IMG/VR virus record: IMGVR_UViG_3300012166_000006
Location: 1 to 32,666 of that record
DNA from: a virus
Lineage: Duplodnaviria; Caudoviricetes
Reading direction: 5' to 3' (one strand)
Length of the DNA: 32,666 nucleotides
Shown: piece after piece, positions 26,823 to 32,666 of the stretch
Numbering within the stretch: the stretch's first letter is position 1
Layout: each line of letters begins with the position of its first letter
Position numbers and translations under genes: made by a program
The notes under the pieces: model-generated
What the model was told of the DNA's origin: nothing
The model's input: the letters and a program-made list of their open reading frames with translations, nothing else
Database searches by the model: none

Positions 26823-28496
26823 TTATCTCCGGCCATGAAACCGCTTAATCATGTGTGGTGTTTCAGCAGATTCAATAGTTCGCATATTACGATAGAAAGC
26901 TGTCCAATCTTGCGTAGCGTTCAGCCTCGCGATTATTGCAGCTTCCTTTTGAACTTTCTTAAATTCCTCTGATGCCTCATCGAAATAACGCTCTGCCGTG
27001 TCTACCGCATAGCGAGCGTTATCGTATGGGTCATCACCATTGAATTCCTTGACATCTTCAGCAGGAACATCATTCTTTGGCTTATCGTAGTTACAAGCTT
27101 TAATAGATTCAATCATCATTGGGCAACAGTTAGGATGCCCTTCATGATTATTAACACCACCTTCCTCGCACCTAAATATCTGAAACTTAGGAATGTTAGT
27201 CTCAGGTTCTGGCGGGTCGAATAGTGCTAAGTAGTTTTTGTAATCATTGAGTCCTCTGTTACGAAGCAGCCACATGGCTCGTTCTTCGTTATAAATTGGC
27301 ATCTCATTCGATGGAATGACCTGCTTTGGTTTCCATCGGAAATATTCATGTAATAGCATCTTTCCGGCAACTCTAGACCCCGGTGAATTATTTGATAACT
27401 CGACCTGTCGTCCGAGTGCTGTTTCGATTTGTTGCTGAATTGTATGTTCTTGTCCACGGTCTTGACCCGCTGACTTACATACTTTAACTACTTTAGGTTC
27501 CTCGCGCTCGCAATAATCTTTAACTACGGGAGCCCATTCTTCAATCTTTGTCTTTAACCATCCAAACTCACGATAGAGGTAAAGACGCTTATTGGGTGAT
27601 ACTGCGTAGAAGGCAACGTATGCCATCGCAGCGAATCCCCAATCTATTACGATAAACTTCGGCCACCATGTTGGAATCTCAAACGGTTCCACCACATGTA
27701 AGGCGTTATCAGGTTCGTCAGGAAATTTATGGTCACGAAACTCATCAAATACTTGACCCTGATAAGCATCCCAATCTCCAAACTTCTTTGCCTTACGCTC
27801 AGCCTCCGACGGAATACCATCTAATCTCTTAGCGTATTCTGGGTCAGCATGAGGGTTATCGGCTACAGTCGCATGAATGTATATACGTTTAATTCCACCT
27901 TTACCCTCAATGATTACCCCGCCTTCAGGGTATGGTGCAACAAAACGTTTCTTTACGAATGTATGTCCAATACCTCCTGGCATTCCTGCTGCACGAACGA
28001 TAGCAGGTAATGTGGGGTCACTAGTTCGGACACGAGTGAAAGCAATATAGATGTAAATATATTCAGTATAGGAAGTTAATTCGTCAGGAGAGAATAGATT
28101 AATTTCCATCGAGTCATATTTGTGAACATCATCTTCGTTCTCACAATGACCGAGGAAAATATTAGCACCAGTTCTAATACCAGTTCCGCCCATTTCGTCT
28201 GGACGCGGAAATGTCCAGCACATATCAGTTTTATTAAATGTAGCTCCTAGTTTTGTATATAACTCCCGCGAACGGGGAATGATTTCATTCTTTAGTTCGG
28301 GATAAGTGCGGCGCATGAAAACCTGTTTGAATCTAGGGTTTTCATGCCACCGCCTACTAACACCATATACTAATAATACGTCAGACTTACCAGAACCTGC
28401 GCCCCCACCGTAGAATGCCTCGAATACGGAATTAGGGACCGCGAGAAATGGGTCTTGTTTAATATTGGGTTTCCAAAAACCCTTATCAAATGCCAT
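26823..28496 (-). CDS. terL: Terminase large subunit
   Basis: Walker A YGGGAGSGKS, RRTYPEL, Walker B ..PDEL, PGGIGHTFVKKRF, DNPH, GDWD, RNase H-like IDWGF and DDPYDNARY. Confidence 0.95.
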   Translation of the reverse strand: MAFDKGFWKPNIKQDPFLAVPNSVFEAFYGGGAGSGKSDVLLVYGVSRRWHENPRFKQVFMRRTYPELKNEIIPRSRELYTKLGATFNKTDMCWTFPRPDEMGGTGIRTGANIFLGHCENEDDVHKYDSMEINLFSPDELTSYTEYIYIYIAFTRVRTSDPTLPAIVRAAGMPGGIGHTFVKKRFVAPYPEGGVIIEGKGGIKRIYIHATVADNPHADPEYAKRLDGIPSEAERKAKKFGDWDAYQGQVFDEFRDHKFPDEPDNALHVVEPFEIPTWWPKFIVIDWGFAAMAYVAFYAVSPNKRLYLYREFGWLKTKIEEWAPVVKDYCEREEPKVVKVCKSAGQDRGQEHTIQQQIETALGRQVELSNNSPGSRVAGKMLLHEYFRWKPKQVIPSNEMPIYNEERAMWLLRNRGLNDYKNYLALFDPPEPETNIPKFQIFRCEEGGVNNHEGHPNCCPMMIESIKACNYDKPKNDVPAEDVKEFNGDDPYDNARYAVDTAERYFDEASEEFKKVQKEAAIIARLNATQDWTAFYRNMRTIESAETPHMIKRFHGRR

Positions 28497-28505
28497 TGCT
28501 AGTGA

Positions 28506-28727
28506 TTACTCTACGTCCTTGAATAATGCACCCTCTGGAAGCATTACTCGTGCCTTAGCGTAATTATCAGGATTACCAACTAATGCCTGCGCAGCCTGTG
28601 TAGCAGCGGCTTCTGTTGGAAATACTGATGGATGAATAGTCCATGAATCATTGATAGTAGCTTTCTTAACAACAACGAAAGCATCAGTCGTTGCTTCATC
28701 TGTTACTTGTTCAAACGTATTTCCCAT
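28506..28727 (-). CDS. Hypothetical protein
   Basis: 73 aa, strong AAGGAG RBS. Confidence 0.75.
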   Translation of the reverse strand: MGNTFEQVTDEATTDAFVVVKKATINDSWTIHPSVFPTEAAATQAAQALVGNPDNYAKARVMLPEGALFKDVE

Positions 28728-28767
28728 AACTCTCCTTTAACTAGCTGGGCTATAGTGGGCCTAAGAG

Positions 28768-28801
28768 TGGGGTGATACCTACTCCCATAGATACCACCCC
28801 A
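28768..28801 (-). terminator. 15-bp RNA hairpin with GNRA loop (terminator, attenuator or processing site)
   Basis: Minus strand UGGGGUGGUAUCUAU-GGGA-GUAGGUAUCACCCCA. Three G-U pairs form only on the minus strand. The U tract (CUCUU) is weak. Confidence 0.55.
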
Positions 28802-28836
28802 ATCCGTTTAATCAATATCTAAGGGGTTAGAATTGA

Positions 28837-29139
28837 CTAGACGGGAGTGCTACCGCTATCGAAAATCTTAGCGACAGCCGCAGCCTTCTCAGCAACACTA
28901 GTAAGTGCCGCCTTATCTTCATCGCTCAGACCAGTGCTACGCGTAAGCAGGGTCTGAATATCGGTGGTGATATCGTTGAGAGCGGTAGTCACCGCATCTT
29001 CCATTGCCTGAACTTCTGCACTCTTTGCCATTGTCTGCTCCATCCTAGCTAGGGTTGTGAGAATAGTTGATAACTGACGTTCGAGACGTTCAGTATCAAC
29101 TGTGTGATGATGAATGTGAACGTTTACCTCGGCCTTCAT
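28837..29139 (-). CDS. Helical protein with N-terminal HIHHH motif
   Basis: 100 aa, coiled-coil-like. Possible internal start at 29031. Confidence 0.7.
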   Translation of the reverse strand: MKAEVNVHIHHHTVDTERLERQLSTILTTLARMEQTMAKSAEVQAMEDAVTTALNDITTDIQTLLTRSTGLSDEDKAALTSVAEKAAAVAKIFDSGSTPV

Positions 29140-29140
29140 G

Positions 29141-29698
29141 TTATGTGCCTGGTTCTAACAATGTGCAGATGATAGCATACACTGCATTAGAAGTAGCGAA
29201 CATATAGGCCACGTGCTTAGTTGCCGCATTTACTGCTGGCATTATCTTAGTAGCGTCAATGAATCGTAACATTTCATACGACCCTGGACGACATTTAATT
29301 ACTGATTGACTCTCAGTATTAGTAACGATTTCTTTCTGTGATACACCATAGAACACAACGAGTTGAGTAGACTTAGGACTCTCACCGTCAGTTGTGCTAG
29401 GTGTAACTGTTATTTCAAGTAGATTGTTACCCACTACAAACAGTGGAGCAGGAGCTTCACAATTCCATGGCTTCGCTGTTCCTATACATTTGACTCCACT
29501 TAATGTAGTTACAGAGCCATTCATGTAAAGTTTGTAAAGCATTAGTGTAGCTAAGTCAGCATTCACTCCATTGTCATGCTGAAAGCTAATCTTATCTAAT
29601 GCATATTGTAGTTTGACAATACCTGTAGGTGGAGTCTGCGCCCCACATACGGAGGCAAATAGTAAGACTACAATGAGCGAAGCGAATAGTTTACGCAT
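29141..29698 (-). CDS. Secreted protein with Sec signal peptide and FN3/Ig-like domain
   Basis: The likely start is 29698 (MRKLFASLIVVLLFASVCGAQ). YKLY...LEITV...GESPKS resembles the end of an FN3 domain. Paired cysteines. Confidence 0.65.
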   Translation of the reverse strand: MRKLFASLIVVLLFASVCGAQTPPTGIVKLQYALDKISFQHDNGVNADLATLMLYKLYMNGSVTTLSGVKCIGTAKPWNCEAPAPLFVVGNNLLEITVTPSTTDGESPKSTQLVVFYGVSQKEIVTNTESQSVIKCRPGSYEMLRFIDATKIMPAVNAATKHVAYMFATSNAVYAIICTLLEPGT

Positions 29699-29912
29699 GA
29701 TTGATTGTAATGATTGAGGCTCCACCATCACTACGAATCCATGCAGCAGATACGGGTGAAGTAGCAGCAGCCCATGTTGATTGGTCATTAGACCATTGAA
29801 TTGTGCCAGCACCCTGGTCTGTAAATGCCCAATTACCAGACGGTAAGGCATACACAGTTCCAGAATCCATCGTAAACGGTCTACCGACGGGGATTGTTTT
29901 AGTGTATGCCAT
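29691..29912 (-). CDS. Small beta-rich hypothetical (virion?) protein
   Basis: 73 aa, TAATG-coupled. Confidence 0.7.
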   Translation of the reverse strand: MAYTKTIPVGRPFTMDSGTVYALPSGNWAFTDQGAGTIQWSNDQSTWAAATSPVSAAWIRSDGGASIITINHA

Positions 29913-30247
29913 TACTTTCTATCTCCGTCTCCAGGTTTGTATTCTTCCCATCTAACAGATTCTTTAAGATGTCTATCAACCATATTATTGATATCTTCTT
30001 TACGGAGCTGATTACGCTCTACGTTTTCGAGTAATGAAATGAGTCGATAATTACTTTCACTATTTTTAACTTGTGCAGCAGTATTTTCTTTGATAACATT
30101 CATTAGTAATTCAGCAGTGGTTCGCCATAATTCAGTAAATTGTTTTACATCCTTCCTATAAAACATGAACATGAATCCAGCAAGTATGCCTCCTACCCCT
30201 AGGGTGATGAGCCACTTAGTGAATTCTACTTGCTCCATTGCCGTCAT
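29912..30247 (-). CDS. Putative holin-like protein (single N-terminal TM plus coiled coil)
   Basis: WLITLGVGGILAGFMFMFYRKD followed by an amphipathic helix, a BhlA-like architecture. Confidence 0.55.
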   Translation of the reverse strand: MTAMEQVEFTKWLITLGVGGILAGFMFMFYRKDVKQFTELWRTTAELLMNVIKENTAAQVKNSESNYRLISLLENVERNQLRKEDINNMVDRHLKESVRWEEYKPGDGDRK

Positions 30248-30819
30248 TAATCCTTAGCCTGTATCACTTGATACGTTGATTCCTCGCGTTGCTGTGGAGC
30301 ATAGAATACAAATGCTGGACCACCACCTGTATTAACTCCACCAACACCGTTAGCTTGTTCAGGTTCTACATTCTTAATTACTTGTGACATATCCCGGGCT
30401 ATGCCTGCTATGTCACGAGCTTTAGCTGATGCTAATTTATCAGGAGTTAGATTAGTTAAGGCGAGCATAAGCTTCGCACGCGCACGCTTAGCTATACGTT
30501 CTTTCGCACTAACGATTGTATTTCTATTGGGTTGCTCATCATATGATGCTGTGGATGTAGCACCATGAGCATATGCTGACGCAGCTGAGGGAGATATACC
30601 GAAGTTCTTAGCTAGTGCTACTGCCTCTTGTCTTCCATCAGTTACACTAGTTTCACCAATGATTTGTCGTAAAGAATCAGGAACATTAACGTCACCCTCT
30701 TTACGACCTGGTCTAGTAATGTCAACTATTTGAGCTACGGGAATAGACTTCGGTTTAGGATTGACACAATCCGTAAGGGCTGAATCAAATTCCTTATCCG
30801 AAACTATTCCCATACCCAT
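30247..30819 (-). CDS. Putative terminase small subunit (HTH plus helical hairpin)
   Basis: The likely start is 30819 (TAATG overlap). HTH-like AVALAKNFGISPSAASAY, helical core and a C-terminal beta strand (AFVFYAP). Upstream of terL. Confidence 0.5.
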   Translation of the reverse strand: MGMGIVSDKEFDSALTDCVNPKPKSIPVAQIVDITRPGRKEGDVNVPDSLRQIIGETSVTDGRQEAVALAKNFGISPSAASAYAHGATSTASYDEQPNRNTIVSAKERIAKRARAKLMLALTNLTPDKLASAKARDIAGIARDMSQVIKNVEPEQANGVGGVNTGGGPAFVFYAPQQREESTYQVIQAKD

Positions 30820-31205
30820 TACTGTTCGCTCCAATCCTGGAGTAGTTCCTTAATTTTAGCGAAAGTCTGAGCCTGTTGCTGAGTATCTCCCCCGCCCTCA
30901 CGTAATGCCTGTTGAATGCCAGGGTATAGTGTGGAGACATGCTTATCATCTCCATCACCTACAGTTGCATCAGCCATTATCCTTGCATTGTGTTCCAACA
31001 CTTTTGCTAATGCTGGTGATGGCTGAACTGGTGTAGTGGCTGGCTTAACAGGTGGAGTGGGTAGTGGAATGGGAGTGATAGGAGTTAATCCCGGCGAAGC
31101 TGTAGGCATAGCCACTACAGGCATAATGGGATTAGCAGGAGTAGGGTCAGCTATGTTTTTAATAATCGGAGCCCCAGTTACGGGGTCGATTTCTATGTTA
31201 GCCAT
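30819..31205 (-). CDS. Pro-rich hypothetical protein
   Basis: 128 aa, coupled on both sides. Confidence 0.65.
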   Translation of the reverse strand: MANIEIDPVTGAPIIKNIADPTPANPIMPVVAMPTASPGLTPITPIPLPTPPVKPATTPVQPSPALAKVLEHNARIMADATVGDGDDKHVSTLYPGIQQALREGGGDTQQQAQTFAKIKELLQDWSEQ

Positions 31206-31429
31206 TAGCTGATAGTAAGAGTCCAGGTCGTTCCGGACTTAGTAGCAGTAACCGTAGTCGCAGCGTTAACACTCACTTCCTTACGAGTATTACCCTGCGC
31301 ATTCGGCTGTGTGAAATAGAGCATATTCGTTTCAGCATTAATAGTGAACTCAGAGACACCAGTGAATACACCAGCAGTTAGTGTATTACCGGGTCCAACT
31401 GTTCCGGTGACTGTAACGGTTGCTGACAT
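31205..31429 (-). CDS. Small Thr-rich beta protein, first gene of the late operon
   Basis: The likely start is 31429 (MSATVTVTG) with an AAGGA RBS. The track's longer start overlaps the promoter. Confidence 0.7.
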   Translation of the reverse strand: MSATVTVTGTVGPGNTLTAGVFTGVSEFTINAETNMLYFTQPNAQGNTRKEVSVNAATTVTATKSGTTWTLTIS

Positions 31430-31481
31430 GATGTATCCTTGAAATATTGTTTGACTTTTCAGTCGAGAAAATGCCAGCGTC

Positions 31482-31510
31482 AGACTACCATAGTCCAGAC
31501 TGAAAGTCAA
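31482..31510 (-). promoter_or_regulatory. Sigma70-type promoter for the late operon
   Basis: Minus strand TTGACT-N17-TAGTCT with a TG extended -10, about 50 bp upstream of the first late gene. Confidence 0.65.
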
Positions 31511-31763
31511 ATTATTCGATGGTTATTTTATTTTTCCCAGGAAATATCAGGGTAGTTATAAAAGGGGACCCATATATCTTTCCCATGTCAGTTGATTGCT
31601 ATATCCCCGCAGAAATGTGCACATATGAGACTCTACGTGCAGGCGTGTATGGGGGTGTGAAGGAACCTATGGGCAATGATGTGCACATGTTGCATATAAA
31701 TACACAGAAATTCAAACATACGTTCACAATTACACATAGCTATACATAGCCTCGCATTATGAC

Positions 31764-31844
31764 GTGACATAGAGTGTCACCTGTAAACCCTTGAGAACAA
31801 AGGACTTGCCACATTGTGTCACTCATGGTGACAGATAGTGTCAG
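31764..31844. promoter_or_regulatory. Array of GTGACA/TGTCAC half-sites (putative activator-binding UAS) with embedded IHF-like sites
   Basis: GTGACA-N5-TGTCAC (31764-31780) and TTGCCA-N5-TGTCAC-N5-GTGACA-N5-TGTCAG (31806-31844). TAAACCCTTGAGA (31784-31796) has one mismatch to the reverse IHF consensus. Confidence 0.6.
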
Positions 31845-31906
31845 TGCCCATTCACAATACTATACATCACTGCACATCCTGACATAATATTATGAGCCTG
31901 AGAACA

Positions 31907-31922
31907 TGGCATCGCGTATGCT
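31907..31922 (+). promoter_or_regulatory. Sigma54 (-24/-12) promoter
   Basis: TGGCATCGCGTATGCT: GG-N10-GC spacing in a TGGCA...TGCT context. Confidence 0.6.
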
Positions 31923-31988
31923 TTATATATGGTTGTCGGGCAAGTGGCAAGGGGCCAAAGAAAATCGGAGGTAGGGGCAAGAAACCAC

Positions 31989-32017
31989 TTGACACGCGCA
32001 CGGCACTGTGATACACT
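31989..32017 (+). promoter_or_regulatory. Strong sigma70 early promoter
   Basis: TTGACA-N17-TACACT with a TGn extended -10. Confidence 0.8.
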
Positions 32018-32061
32018 CGTTTCTGTTAGGGGCGATGTTGCCCACTACTAAGGACACTCAA

Positions 32062-32412
32062 ATGCAGACAAAGACTGGCAAGTTTACTTTCGCTATCCCT
32101 GAAGGCCACGCGCAGGCCGGCGAGAAAATCGAAAAGACCTTTGAATACAAGGTCTGTGATAATGAGGCGGAGGCTAATGCTGTAATCGCTGAGAAAAAGT
32201 GGTCAGTGGTTGCATTGGTCAACGATAATCTCAAGGCCAATTCGCGCAGCAATGCGTATCAGGCTGCGCTACTGCCGTATCGTCCTTCGGAAGTTTCGCC
32301 CGAGGAAATTCAGGAGCGTATGGTGCGCGATTACATCCGCCTGGGTATTCCGGAAGATACCGCGCGCAAGCAGGTTGCCGCACTTCTGGCGATGGCTGCT
32401 CAGGCTCAGTAA
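32062..32412 (+). CDS. First early protein (116 aa), function unknown
   Basis: ATG at 32062 with TAAGGA RBS (MQTKTGKFTF...). More GC-rich codon usage than neighbouring DNA. Confidence 0.8.
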   Translation: MQTKTGKFTFAIPEGHAQAGEKIEKTFEYKVCDNEAEANAVIAEKKWSVVALVNDNLKANSRSNAYQAALLPYRPSEVSPEEIQERMVRDYIRLGIPEDTARKQVAALLAMAAQAQ

Positions 32413-32423
32413 CACTAACGGAA

Positions 32424-32447
32424 GTGGGGCCAGAACATCGGCCCCAC
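32424..32447 (+). terminator. GC-rich stem-loop after the first early gene
   Basis: GTGGGGCC-N8-GGCCCCAC. No U tract follows. Confidence 0.45.
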
Positions 32448-32469
32448 AACCATAATTGAGGTATAACTA

Positions 32470-32577
32470 ATGTGGACTGAACGCGCGAAGCATACTTTCT
32501 TTTGGGCAATCTATCTCATTGGATTCTGTTCTGGAATCTACGCAACAATCGCATACAACATGATAGGAAAGGGGTGA
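32470..32577 (+). CDS. Small single-TM early protein (35 aa, not in the ORF track)
   Basis: MWTERAKHTFFWAIYLIGFCSGIYATIAYNMIGKG*. GAGGT RBS. Confidence 0.6.
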   Translation: MWTERAKHTFFWAIYLIGFCSGIYATIAYNMIGKG

Positions 32578-32666
32578 AATTCCCCTCGCACATACAGTAA
32601 TCGCTTACTGCACTGTCCAATTGTGCGAAGTTCAGGATACCTGAAGTCCTATTGCTTACTGCACAA

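Noticed and set aside
4970-27457. Numerous short antisense or out-of-frame ORFs within the late genes
   Set aside because: They are fully nested in long, coupled genes and have no convincing RBS or motifs.
29699-29851. 51-aa N-terminal extension of the secreted protein
   Set aside because: It overlaps the coupled 73-aa gene, and the signal peptide begins at 29698.
31451-31480. + strand sigma70 promoter starting at TTGACT 31451
   Set aside because: No -10 hexamer at 16-18 bp spacing. It is better explained as one arm of the inverted repeat.
31519-31749. 76-aa + strand ORF in the control region
   Set aside because: No RBS, it overlaps palindromes and repeats, and it lies upstream of the + strand promoters. 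Probably spurious.
32008-32061. Upstream GTG start for the first early gene
   Set aside because: It overlaps the -10 element. The ATG at 32062 has a proper RBS.
31430-32666. CRISPR or mini-CRISPR array
   Set aside because: The repeats are only 6-11 bp and lack a regular repeat-spacer period.
1-32666. Stop-codon reassignment
   Set aside because: Genes tile densely under the standard code, and TAA, TAG and TGA all serve as coupled stops.

Overview
This 32.7 kb window is part of a tailed dsDNA phage genome with podovirus-like (P22/T7-style) morphogenesis genes, in the standard genetic code. No integrase, CRISPR array or host chromosomal genes are visible. It has three blocks. (1) 1-4449 (+): the end of a replication/accessory operon, with a 5'-truncated DUF3987-like protein, an Acb2/Tad1-like hairpin protein, a small protein with a twin-arginine motif, tRNA-Leu(UAA), small Zn-finger proteins, a cold-shock protein, a WDGH-motif protein, ThyX and a DUF1599/Nmad1-like protein. 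(2) 4361-31429 (-): a tightly coupled late operon running from putative TerS, holin-like and secreted proteins through TerL, an HExxH protein, portal, scaffold, major capsid, adaptor, nozzle and tail/fibre genes to an M15 peptidase, a GNAT-like protein and three ejection proteins. (3) 31430-32666: a divergent control region with a late sigma70-type promoter, a sigma54-type promoter with phased palindromic upstream sites and IHF-like sites, a near-consensus sigma70 promoter, and the first early genes. Top leads are a 66-aa early protein whose C-terminus resembles the C-terminal strands of the phage's own major capsid protein (possible capsid decoy, next to an anti-defence sponge-like gene), an enhancer-type sigma54 promoter, and a tail nozzle gene that seems split into three pieces by an inserted tail cassette. 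All family assignments come from motif recognition by eye, not database searches.
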